Assembly (NCBI GenBank): GCA_001949185.1
Contig: BDGG01000005.1
Coordinates: 992,001-1,056,000 of the forward strand
Reading direction: 5' to 3'
Origin: Ramazzottius varieornatus
Taxonomy: Eukaryota > Animalia > Tardigrada
DNA: 64,000 bases
The notes under the pieces were generated by a model. The model was not told the origin of the DNA and did no database searches. It was given only the letters and a program-made list of their open reading frames with translations. Of the stretch, positions 52,498 to 64,000 are shown one piece after another; the first letter of the stretch is position 1, and every line of letters begins with the position of its first letter. A program made the position numbers and the translations under genes.

Positions 52498-55193
52498 ATG
52501 GGAGGTGCAGTGTCCTCTGGCCGTGACAACGACGATTTGATAGGTATGAGTACGATACTGACCGTATTTTGCTCCTGTCCTGGGTTAATTTCCATCTGGT
52601 CATCTCAGATTCTATGCCCCACGCCCTTGGACAAGCTCATCGTTATTTTTTTCTAAATACGTTTCACCTACGAATGTTTCTTGCGCACGCAGATAATTTA
52701 GTGGAAGGAAACTTCATCAAGACCGAAGCTTTACAGCGGGTCTTCCGCTGCGTGGACCGTGCTCTGTATTACTTACCGGAAGAACGAGCACAAGCGTATC
52801 GGGATCAAGCGTGGCGCTATGGGACCTTGCATCTGTCAGCGCCATGCATCTACGCAGAAGTACTGGTAAGTACGTACTTCACACCGTATAAGGCATCACT
52901 CGGTAAATTTCCGAAAGTGTGTTGGACTCTTTTTCTGAATATGTTGGCTTCTATAGGGAAATCTCGGGCTGCAGCCAGGCATGTCCTTCCTGAACATCGG
53001 CAGTGGCACAGGCTACCTCAGCACATTGGCAGGTCTGATAGTTGGCTTGTACGGTGAGAACCACGGAGTGGAGATCCACGAGAGCAACGTCAAGTACTCG
53101 ATGGAGAGACTGCAGCACTTCCTCAAAGAGTCTGTAGCTTTACGCTACTATGACTTTGCCCAACCCAAGTTCATGGTTGGTAACGGGCTGGCTCTCGGAC
53201 CAGAGTTTCACGGAAGGTACGACCGCATCTATGTCGGTGCGGCTTGTGACGACGAAGAGTGTATTAAAAAGTTCTCGGAGATGCTGAAGATCGGAGGGGC
53301 CATGATTATCCCCACAGAACACTCGGTAGGACACTTAGTCGTTGTTCGCCCGTACTCAAGATTCATAACTGTGAGCGAAGGTTTTATTTTTTCTTTTCAG
53401 TTAGTCAAAGTGGAAAGAACATCTGCAACAGCGACAGCAACCACCAACTTAATGCAGTGTTCCTTCGCCTCGCTGATTCAACCGCAACCGTCCGCTCTCA
53501 GCGAATGTGTTCCTCGTAAGTATGGTGAAAAACTTCCGGTAAACCGAAAATGACGTGACAAAAATCCGGGATGTGGGCAAATGAATCGCGCCAGATCGTT
53601 CTTCCTCAAATGGCGCATCGGTCGATTTTTATTGGTTCGAAGTGTGCGCCACTTGGGAAAACCATTTGGTTCAGTTCATTTGCCCACGTCCTATTATCGT
53701 CTTACTCCATTTACTTATCTGTAGCTTTGAACTCTCCGCCGAAGTTGAAGTACATCTGCCGATCAGTGATTGTTCGGTCGATGCGGAACAGTGTCTTCTC
53801 CGAGTCGGCCGTTTACAGTGATCATCCATTGTGGATGCCGCGGACGACCAAGAAGCACGCCGAAGCGTCCAGTCGTCGACGATTGCATCGGGTGGTCTTT
53901 CCGTTGCTGTTGGCACAAGAGGATGGCGAAGATGAGCCGAGAATCGTTCTGGGTAATCCCATCAACACGAATGACAACGGCAACGATGCTCCCGCAGCTC
54001 ATGAGCTTCAGCAACCGGGGAGCTCACAGTCCGCCGAAGTGGCAGGAAGAAGCCAGTCGACCGGAAGTGAAGAGAGTGAAGTCGAACAAGCTGGTCAAGG
54101 TTTGGGCTCGTTGGAGATCGAGGTGACGGGAGACGCGGATACTGATGAAGATTTAGGTAGTAACGAAGATTTCTAGAATGATTTATTCCAAGCAATGTCG
54201 CACTGTCACTGTTTCTGTTAGTGCCGCATTCGGTCGCTTTCGAATACGCAGATGTGCGCTGGTTTGGCGAGTTTTATTTAGTGGCGCACTCTGCGGCGCT
54301 TTACCGTTGTGGTATGCGCCGGTAGCAATGGCTGCTTTATCGGTGGGGCATTCATCAGTGTTGTGATTTTTCTTTCAGAACTGCCTGATTACATCGAGGG
54401 CGGATATGGTCAGGGCATGGATATCGACGACCCAGCTCAAATAGCTCGAGATGAAGCTATTATGGCGGATCCCGTTGGTCGATTTAAGAACGGGAACTAT
54501 GACTTTTCTCCAGAAGTCCGTGCGAGAATGAGGAAACGAAGACTGTCAACTCGCACAGCGTCGGAGTCTCAGCCAGCCAACTCTACTGATCCGAAGCGGT
54601 AGGCGATTTTCTCCGCAATGTGTTGGACGGGGTTCTGTTGCCCTTTGTCTTATTTAGATGCCGCCCCAGTTGGTGCCGAGCACGACGTTGACGGGTGTTT
54701 TCATTGCGAAAAGCGAAAGCACTCTTTAAATCTGACTGGATTTTTTACTGGCCGTTGCACTGTTTTCAGAAGAACATCGACGGGACAGACTTCCACAAGT
54801 AGTCAGGCGTTACCTTCGACGTCCGAGAGGCCAATCGAGCTGGCTGCGCGTCGAGTGGCCGAGAGAGTGGGGAACCTCAGTGGGTACATGATGTCGGCCG
54901 AGATCGACGCTGGGTCAGAGACTTCATCGTCCAGCGTACAAGGAGGGACGTCGGAGAGGGCCATACTGACGCGACCACTAGGGGAGGATCGTGTGGGGGT
55001 CGAACGGGTGTCTACCGTGGTCGAGGACCCTGAGGTAGACGCAGTGCCGGATCCAAACTCGGCAGACTCGACACTTCCGTCAGCCTTGGCGATGGATGTA
55101 CGAATGGTGGAAGCTGTCCAGAGCCTACCCTTGCCGAAGTCCTTTCAGCGCTTCATCAACTTCGATCGACCTCTGGAAGAAGACTTGTGTTAG
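52498..55193 (+). CDS. PCMTD1: Protein-L-isoaspartate O-methyltransferase domain-containing protein
   Basis: MGGAVSSGRDNDDLI|DNL, AYRDQAWRYGTLHLSAPCIYAEVL, SFLNIGSGTGYLSTL, YDRIYVGA, BC-box PKLKYICRSVI and cullin-box SLPLPKSFQRFINF. Confidence 0.93.
53569..53692. mobile_element. Palindromic mini-element, PCMTD1 intron
   Basis: Core 53611-53651, 27-nt spacer; arms gatgtgggcaaatgaa / ttcatttgcccacgtc. Confidence 0.8.
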
Positions 55194-55417
55194 AACCACG
55201 GTCAACTACCCCGTAAGAGAAACTGTCGTTATCGCACTTTGCAAAGGTAGTAAAGAATCTTTCTAATTACGAGCATATTAAAAAATAGTTATCATTTTTC
55301 GTTTGGGTCTGTACTTTGACGGTGGAGAACTTTCTTGTTTTACTACAATTGTGTTTCGTCGAAGGTTTTGGGTGCTATTTTGTACATACGATACAGGCTT
55401 GTCTATCTCTTCGGTAA

Positions 55418-55647
55418 TCAGGCCGAGCGAAGCGAGGCCCTTTTGAGTCTGCCGAGATTTCAATGGACGATCAGATTCTTCGAGCTTTCAGATATCGCAA
55501 ACACAGTACTGAAAAACCACGCCACTTGATCGGGGCGATCAAAAATTTGACTGGGGAACCGTACTGTGAGTCACAAGTAAAAGTGCTCGCTGTACAATGG
55601 TTTGCCTCCTTTGCTCGGCCTTTCCAGTGGTCAGAACCACTAGCTAG
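55418..55647 (+). mobile_element. Non-autonomous Helentron/Helitron-like element, copy 2
   Basis: Highly similar to 38709-38937; A|TC start, CTAG|T end, same subterminal IR and hairpin. Confidence 0.7.
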
Positions 55648-56399
55648 TGTTTATGTGTGGTATGCTCCCGAAGTCAATAAAAATGGGTTCAGATGATTAA
55701 CGTCTGCGTTCTGATGATACGGACGACAGATGGGCGAATGCTAACATTAGGAGTGGATGGCGCTCGGTTCGAAGAGGATGTTTCCGGTCGTGATTTCAGC
55801 GAGATCACGATCCAGAGAACGAGTATAGTTAAGACAGGAATATGGATTAATTTTGTCTTGGAGTTTGGTTCAAGTCGTCTAGCTGCGATGTTTGACTGAA
55901 CTTCCGTTAAATATGTGTTTTATATTTGATTGGTGATTACAGTGATTACAGTCCGCCGACTGTTGTCTCAAACCACATAACGACCATAGATAAATATGTG
56001 CGGAAGTGTGGTGTACATTTGTTCAGCAGATGTGTTGCGTGCCGAATGTCTGTTGGAGGCTACAGCGGAAGATTAATGTTTGCCAGTATACAGCGCGTAA
56101 TTGTTGCGGCCCATCTGGCAGCAGTGGGGCGGTTCTCCCGTCACTGCCGCAAGTGCTAACCTCGCGACGGGTGGCCGCGCCATCTCCGAAAACCTTGAGC
56201 TAGACAAATACCATCATCGAGCGTGCCTACGCTTAAATTACCATATCCGCGGTCGACGCAATTGTGATACCCTTGGTTTCACACTGCATAATATTCTCGT
56301 TTTTTTTCACCAGACTGTTTTGTGAAGAAAAAGTTTCAAACCTTTTCAAATTTAGTTCAAGACCTCTGTATCGTTTTGTGACTTCCCAGCTAAAGTTCG

Positions 56400-57380
56400 A
56401 TTTTGAACTGATATGGATCGCTCCTGTGAGCCGACGAGGAAGAGACTCGACTGCCAGATTTGCGGTAAGAAGAATCGTACCGAAGGAGCTGATATACGAT
56501 TTGGTGGAAATCGTTTTGGAGATGCCGGAGAATGCTGAGCATATTAGATCATTTTGCAGGTTCCTTGTTCACTTCTCCGTCAACACTCAGTCGGCACAAG
56601 GATGTCCACTCAACAACGCGGCGCTTTGTCTGTTCCTTATGCGGGAAAGGCTACAAACAGCTAGCCGGATTAAGAGCTCATCAGACTGTACACACCGGAA
56701 ATGGGCACAAGTGCCAAATCTGTAGCAAAGGTACGCCGATTATGAAGTAATTCTGGTCAAGCGGTCATACCGCGCAATGCTCATCATCCCGATCGCTTCG
56801 CCTTTCTGCTTGTAGAATTCCGTCAAGATACAAATTTACGAATCCATATGAACGCCCACAGAAATATCAGACCTTACGGGTGCTTCAAATGCTCGAAGTG
56901 TTTTACACAGTCCAGCAACCTCAGATCGTGAGTATACAGATCGTGTAGTTTTGAGGTTTTCACTGAGTGGAACTTCTTCATAAAGTCGTTGCGTATCCGG
57001 ATCCCGAGGACCCTTACGTTGAACAATCGATGACACTCTGTCTTTTTATTAGTCACGTTTCGGCCGTACACCGCAGCTGTTACCGATGCTGGACTGAAAT
57101 TATGCCTAAGGACGATCTCAAGACCCACATCAAGGCATGCAAGACAGCTTGTGGTGTTGAGCCGTCCCGGAGCACTGAAATAGCAGAGCTCGACACCCAG
57201 CTCGTATCTCGCCTTCCATCCCGACTGTCACGATCTGTAGCGAACAAAGTCAGCGGGCTGAAGTCGGTGTTGGTCCTTTCCCAGACTGGTCTCAGAGTTT
57301 CGATGTCCGGGAACCGAAAGTGTCGTCTCCCTTATGAAAGGAAGATTCGAACTTATTCAGTTGCTGAAGCTAGAAAATGA
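56400..57380 (+). CDS. C2H2 zinc-finger protein (boundaries uncertain)
   Basis: FVCSLCGKGYKQLAGLRAHQTVH, HKCQICSK|EFRQDTNLRIHMNAH and RPYGCFKCSKCFTQSSNLRS across short introns. Confidence 0.75.
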
Positions 57381-57591
57381 TGACAGTAGCGAAGAAATTC
57401 GCAACGGGCCTTTGTCTTGTAGCCATGTAGCTGACTTTTCCAACGAGTTTGTTTAAACATTAAAATGTATAATGTGCACTGATGTAAAAGGCTAACATTC
57501 AGTAGACTAAAAAATAAACAAAAATTCGATTCAAGACGAAGAGGGATAAAAGGCGAGAGGACAAAGAAAAAGTAAAAAAGAGGAGCTAATA

Positions 57592-59870
57592 TCAAGCTGC
57601 CTTTGCAACAGCTACAAAAGGTATCTGGCTAGTTTCTACACACTGAAAATTATAGCAAGCTTTCCCACCCTTGGGATCACATAGCGTACCCGGAAGTGCC
57701 GGACCAAATTTCAGACTGTACGATGATCGAGGTTCGGCAACACTTTTCAGCCTGCATTCCAGAGCTTGGCACATGTCATTGCCCACACGGGTACCGGAGG
57801 CGAAAACCTCTTTGATATCTTGTCTTCTCCATTTTTTCGTAGTCATCCAGAATTCGCCGAAGAGAAAGTTGCACAAATTGCTTGGATCAATAGGTTTAGA
57901 CACCACACCTGCGGAAAGAGAGCCGAATAATCATCAAAATCAACAGCTATGTAATAATTCGTCCCAGTGACGTCACTGCGAAACCCAACGGTCAGAAGTG
58001 ACGAAGCGCGCGAGTTTGGTAGGTAAGCACAGCAACAAAGCGTCTGACCGTAGTAAATATGAGATCACACCTTTTATTGCTGTTTTGAATTCCAAGCTTG
58101 GGTTCGTGCGATCTGGTTCATCTTTCACCAAACAGCTGCTGCGGTCCTTCAAGGCCAATTTTAGTTCCTTGATGGCACACGGTGTGAGCTGCGGTGTGAT
58201 ACCTTTGGTAGCCCATGCGTTGCCGCTCCACGAAACGGATGACATGAAGGAGGACCTATTGGGATCTTTGGCTTCAAAGGGACAGGTACTGTCTTCTTCG
58301 TGATGGACACCAATGGAATGGAAGATTTCGTGAGCAGCAGAGAAGCTTGGTATGGCAGTGTTCATTTCAACGATGCTACAATGTCGCCGCTTTTGACAGG
58401 TGGTACCGATCCATGCCAGGCCGATGCAGTCGTTCAGTCGCTGCCCTTCCGGAATGTGTCCATGGCGCTTCGGCTGCTCGATACCCCCTGGAAACTTGAA
58501 TGGCTGCGGAAGATCCAACTGTGCTCCAGATCGCCTGTTCGATTGGTAAGCCACCAGACGCTTGGAGTTCACGTCGTAGATATCCAGGTAAGTCAAAGTC
58601 TGTGGAATGAAAGAAAATCGTGCAGTCTCCGTCGTCGATAGCATGAAAAATTTGACTTGACTCCAAAGATGATCGCAAGACTGCACATAGAATTGACAGT
58701 TGTGCTGTCGGTAAAACAATCAAACGAAAGGCGTATCGGGTTAAGCTGCTGGCATATTCTGCAATCTAGAACCCACGAAAGGCGTCCGCTATATTTTCGT
58801 ACCTGGACTTGGTCGTAGTCGATATTATTGTATGGTCCAGCACAAACGTTATCCAGGTACTGTTCCGCATGTTCAACTGCTCCCAAATCGTTTCTCTCTT
58901 GGGTGAAGAACCCGAGAGACTGAAGAGCCAGAGTCAACTTGACTTTCCTCCACAGGGTTCTCTCCTTATACATCAACTGGACGTCGTTGTAGAAACCGAT
59001 AACATAAAAGATCTGTTCTTCCTCTTTGGTGAATCCCCACTTCTTCAGCACTTCATACACACTATAATCAATCAGCACACCCAGCTTCATCGAGGCTTTT
59101 ATTGCTTTCTTCTTCTTCTTCTTCTTTTTCTTCTCGAACTGAAAAGCTTCTTCCTCGTCCTTTTCAGATACGTCCTGCGTCAACAGACTCGGTTGCATCC
59201 GGCTGACTTCGAACACGATGTGAGTAGCTAAATCTAGATCAGCCTCTTTCATGTCGAAATATGCCGCGAACTTTCGTACGAAACGTTCTTTTACAGGAAC
59301 TATTCGTAATAAACGGTCGGGTCCTTGGATCAAGCCGCGCATCCCATCTTTCGATATGGAGAACGCGCTGTTCGCTGCTTCGGCATCTTCACCGTCATCA
59401 TCAGCGTCAAAGTTATTCTCGGCGAAAGCATCGCTAGCCTTCGCTAAATAGTGTCTGCTGTAAAGATCCCTGTCTACGAGGTGTGTTCTACCTTCCTCGC
59501 CACTCTTGTCGTCGAAATACTTTACTGAGAACTCTTGCGATAACAGCCGATCATTCCGGTATGCATTGATTGTGTACTTCCGGTTGAAAGCTGTTATGTC
59601 AAATTCTAGTTTTGCGGGGAAGACCCAGTCGGTTTTATGTACGTAGGACGGGAAGTCACGATAAGCATCGTGGTAGGACGGAGAGGTTAGATCGTAGAGC
59701 GGCACTTCCGACGGATGGGATACACCGAAGTGATGAGCAAGATCCATTTGGTCCATATAGGTATGTATGTCATATTGAGGATTGAATGGACCCGCCAACA
59801 AACTATCGGTCAAAACAAGCAAGCAGAAAGATAAACCATATTCGGCTACAAAATTAACGTTAGCTTTCAT
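57592..59870 (-). CDS. Secreted reprolysin (M12B, ADAMTS-like) metalloprotease 1
   Basis: Signal peptide, prodomain, GLAWIGTTC, AAHEIFHSIGVHHE zinc motif, SFMS Met-turn, and Cys-rich tail GPALPGTLCD..KACYNFQCV. Confidence 0.85.
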
Positions 59871-60120
59871 TGCTCATTTTCTGAAAGTTCTTCTTTCCAG
59901 CAGCGGCAGTGTTCATTTCAATGCACTTCTGACCTCCACGAAAGAGCAAGGTCACAAACAGCGGGATCATTCATAGCAACCTCCACATTCGGCGAAGCAA
60001 TAACACGAAGGAAGAAGGATAAGAAGAAGAAGAATAAGAAGCAGAAAATTATGGAAGACTGATTCACACAAAACACTTCGAGAATTCGAAAACAGCATTG
60101 TAACTAGCCACATCACAACT

Positions 60121-63100
60121 CTATCCCAGCACTGGGTTCTTGGACGCAGCAGAAGTCGGGTCAGCCTTTGGTACACATTTAAAATTAAAACATACTTTTT
60201 CCCCAGATTTGTCACACCGCGTAGCAGTAAGAGCTGGGCCAAACACCCATTTAGATGGAGACGCTTTCGAATCTTTTTCCCGAGCCCCACACACTAAAGA
60301 TTTACAGATTTCTGGTAAGTCGGGTTTCTCGGCAAAGACTTGCGGGTCCTTCCAGCGCTTAGTCCTCTGGAACAACGAGTAACCCTTCGCTTTACAAACT
60401 TCATCTGCCGTTAGAACCTTCTTATCCAACACACCTAAAACAACAAGAGGAACAATTCAAAATAGGTCCAGCATAGTACTTCGACAAAAGTATGATATTC
60501 AATGTTTTAATACTTTTGAGATGTTTTTGATAGAACTTTCCACTATCACTTGCTGGACTCTTGATCAGACACTTCCCATCCCCTTTCAGGTAGTTGACCA
60601 ATTCCTGAACAGCGCATGTGGACACCGAAGGCGGCTGGGCAGACTCGCTCCACCCGGACTTCATCGGCTGATTGGGTACCACGAAAGACGTCGGGTTCTT
60701 CGCCAACGGACACCCATTGGAGCCTTCATGCTGCATCCCCAAAGCATGCGCCAACTCGTGAGCAATGTTGATACTGGGAGTAAAGGAAGCCATCTCAATC
60801 ACCGAACAGTGATGCTTGAACGAGCAGGTCGAGCCCAATAACGCCAGCCCGACCGCATCGTACACTCTCTGCTCTTCCGGTATCTTGCTCGAATCTGTGA
60901 TATCCCCTGAATACCAACTTTTCGTTGTTGTTTTGTTATCAAATTGCACATCTTTTTCGTTTTCTAGGTCGAGAGTCTCGTCGATGGATCTTCTGCGAAG
61001 TCCAGCTGTTGGGTTCAGTTCGAACAAGTCCAGCATGGTCAAGGCTTGGACGTGGTCGATGTTCTTCCTGGTTGGGCTGTTCAGCGGACCATTACACAGA
61101 CTGTGCAGGTAGTTGGTGGCGTATGGGTCGGGTTTCACGTCTTTTCCCTTTCCGTCTGCGATGAACTCGACAGCACCAATCTCGATAGTCATATCCACCT
61201 TTTGTGAGATGGGACTAGCTTTGTAGAAGGCTTGAACCTCGTTATACATGGCGAGAACCAGGAAGGTCTTCGTGTCTTTGTTCTTGATACCTATACCTTC
61301 CAGCGCGGAATAGTAGCTGTAATCCACAACCGGGTAAATAGAGATGACAGCACGGAGGGGAAAAGTGTCCAGCTTGGGCTTCTGCGTGGTAGTGGTGGGT
61401 ACTATTTTTGGTGTTGTCGGTTTTTTTGTGGTAGTGGTGGTTGTTCTCGTCGTAGTTTTGACCGTTGTTGTTCTTTTCCGTGTATGTGAAGGTTTCCGTT
61501 CTTCTTCGTTGCCACCAACGTTTTTCCTGCGCTTCTTGTGGTTGGTCTTTCTGTTGTGGTGTTCTCGATTAACCGGCTTTCTTGGCCGCTCTCCAGGAGG
61601 AGGGGGAGGTCGACGGGAACTGCTCTCCTCTGGTGGTGGGCGAGGTTTTCGAGGTCGTCGTTCTTGATTTGGTGGGCGCTTCCGACGCGGTGGCGGGCCG
61701 CCATCCCGGTTACCTTCTCGTCGTTCGGGTGGTCGCTTGCGATCGGGAGGACGGCCTTCTCCGGGGCGTGGCGGTGGACCTCGTCCTTCGAGATTATCGG
61801 CTGGTGGACGCTGTGGTGGTGGCGGTCTGTGGTGAGGAGGGAGAGGTGGCGGTAACGGTGGTTCGTGACGTGGTGGTGGTGGTGGTGGTGGTGGTGGTGG
61901 TGGTGGAGGTGGTGGTGGCGGTCCGCGATGAGGTGGCGGAGGTCCCGGCATGACAATAGGTGGTAAGTTGATGGGCCCGCGACCATGATGGCCTGGAGGT
62001 GGTCTGTGGTGTGGGGGGCCAGGAGGTGGACCAAAGGGTGACTGGTGCGGTGGTGGTCGGTGTGGCATGTTCCGAGGACCATCTCTGTCTTCGTGTCGTG
62101 GCGGCGGCCCATAAGCGTTCGTTGGACGAGCCGATCGGCCATCTTCCCGGTGTGGACGTCGAGGGTCATCGCGATCGCGGTCGCGAGAAGGTTCTGATGC
62201 TGATCTAGCGTAACCGCCTTTTGGACGAACTGACCTGCTCTCTTCTCGGTCACGAGCGTTGCTTTTTCGTGGTCGATCGCGGGATGGTTCCGATTGGGAG
62301 TTTGCGTAACCACCTTTCGGACGAACTGATCGCGGACCGTCACGTCGATCATCATATCCACGCTGAAATTCAAAGCCTCCTTGCTGCTCTTCTTCCGGAT
62401 AGTACAGGCTTCGACTGTACCTCTCGTGAAGATCCCGGACTGTTTTCGAGGCGACCGGGTAAATCAGGTGCAGGTGTTCGAATTGTTCGGGGGTATCGAA
62501 GTTGGCCAAATATCGTCGGGCGACATTGGGTCGTAACGGCACAAGGCGATACAGTTGGCTGTCTAGATCCAACAAGCCACGAAGTCCGGCTGCCGAAGTT
62601 GACAATGCCCCACGTGTAACCTCGGTAGACCTTTCATCTTCCGGGTATATTCGCTTGACTCGGCTTAGGTAATGACTACGTGTGACACTGTGCGGCGGGA
62701 TATGGGAAGATATGCGACCAGACGAGCTGTGGTGAACCTGATGCCAACAACAAGGAAACCTCTGGGCGGTGAAGATAACCACAGCGGAATAGGATATGAA
62801 TGGAACGGATGAAAATTAAGCATTTCGAGTTGTGGCGCACCTGATAGTAAAATTCGGGAGAAACAAGGACGTCGTTCCTGGTGGCGTGGATAGAGTATTT
62901 CGTATTGAACACTTCGATGTCGAAATGGAGTTTCGCTGGATGAACCCAGTCGCGTTCCTGTGCGTGATGAGGGAAGCTACGGTAAGGTGCAGCATAAGAA
63001 GGAGTGGATAAGTCGTAGTCGGGAACACGATCTACAGAGTCGACTCCAAAGTGGAACTGGAGATCACCAACTGTCATATACTTGTGAAGATCATACTGTG

Positions 63101-63212
63101 GAGCGCTTTCGACTTGCAGCAGGAAGGAAAAGAGGAAAGTGGTGCAACAAAGGAAGCACCAAGGAAGAAGTGATAAGTCGTGTATAGCGTCCGGTGAGAG
63201 CGAAAATCGCAT
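60121..63212 (-). CDS. Secreted reprolysin metalloprotease 2 with large Pro/Arg/Thr-rich insertion
   Basis: Tandem paralog of protease 1 (PQYDLHKYM...HFGV...VPDYDL), GLALLGSTC, IAHELAHALGMQHE, Cys-rich tail GPALTATRCD..KVCFNFKCV. Confidence 0.85.
61871..61918. repeat. (GGT/CCA)n coding microsatellite, poly-proline
   Basis: About 16 tgg units with one interruption, encoding the poly-Pro run of protease 2. Confidence 0.95.
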
Positions 63213-63650
63213 CCCTGGTATGCGCTCATTGCTATTGACTATGTCGAAGGTTCTCCCGTATAAACACAGTCACTTCCGCTTAGATTGAAAAAGCACTAGA
63301 AGCACAACACACCGACGCACATCTTTCACGTTATTAACCAGGTAAGTCGACAGTGTGAAGAATGGCTGCCGTTCGCAGCAAAAGTTGCTGTAACAACATC
63401 TACAAGTGGAAGATACAACACACCAATCTAAACATTTTCTCCGCCTGCAACATAACGAGCCTGCAAAATAACGAGACGAACGCCAGAGCACCAAAACCAA
63501 ATTTCATAAGGACGAAAGTTGGCTCCAGCAAAACCGATGTTTCGTTATAAACAAGTCAAACGAAAGACTGTAAAGCAAGCTAAACCTGTTCTTTCGGATT
63601 CTCCGCGAAAAAATGGGGATAAACCAGAGCAAAAAGTCCCTCCGAATATC

Positions 63651-64000
63651 TTATCCACAGGCAAGTTTCTGTTTCGTTAAGCCCGCAATACCCTTGGTGC
63701 TAGCATCGGCCACACCATGCATCATCCGTCGCCTGATGGCTGGATTGTCTTTCTGCATCTGCACCAGCGCCACAAAGTCCAGGATGTAGATGTGTCCAGC
63801 CAGCATCACTTCCAGGGAACTCTGGCCTTTACTAACGGCGTCGTCGATAGCTGCCGAAGTTCGCTCGTCATACTGCCACCAACCACCGCCTCGACCTTCG
63901 TAGAACCATCCCAGCGGGCCTTGAAGCGCAGAGGACTCGTCGTCATCGTCATGCAGGTGAATGACAGTAACTGTGGGAATGGTGGGTGGGGCCTTCTTGG
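63651..64000 (-). CDS. WWE-domain protein, RNF146/Iduna-like, 5' end outside window
   Basis: Manual translation gives GWFYEGRGGGWWQYDERTS..I...LEVMLAGHIYILDFVALVQMQKDNPAIRRRM...TKGIAGL, stop at 63651-63653. Confidence 0.8.
   Translation of the reverse strand, partial: KKAPPTIPTVTVIHLHDDDDESSALQGPLGWFYEGRGGGWWQYDERTSAAIDDAVSKGQSSLEVMLAGHIYILDFVALVQMQKDNPAIRRRMMHGVADASTKGIAGLTKQKLACG

Noticed and set aside
54252-54292. GTGCGC...GTGGCGCAC near a PCMTD1 intron
   Set aside because: Half-sites are in the opposite order and lack the family arms, so it was not counted as a copy.
61402-62373. 323-aa ORF with poly-His, and poly-Val/Trp ORFs on the plus strand
   Set aside because: Alternative frames of the CCA/GGT repeat in the Pro-rich protease exon.

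Overview
Gene-dense eukaryotic (invertebrate, arthropod-like) DNA with short GT-AG introns; the species cannot be fixed from sequence alone. Conserved genes: RPC7/POLR3G-like, POP4, MCTP, TDO2, an NK1/slouch homeobox gene, ARL6IP1-like, REXO5-like, HDHD1/PUDP, an RDH-type SDR, PCMTD1, a C2H2 zinc-finger gene, two tandem reprolysin metalloproteases, a partial WWE (RNF146-like) gene and tRNA-Lys(CTT). The most unusual region is 12.9-24.8 kb. ORFs listed separately in the track splice into one 8-exon, ~1323-aa gene with four Myb/SANT-like repeats, a middle domain, a basic linker and four BEN-like repeats. It has three decayed relatives, one sharing a 138-bp identical tract. A ~120-135 bp palindromic element with TGGCGCA-N27-TGCGCCA at nearly invariant spacing occurs about 12 times, almost always in introns. 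There are also two copies each of a ~1.1 kb TIR transposon and a Helentron-like short element, and two orphan secreted glycine-rich precursors. All assignments are by eye, without database searches.
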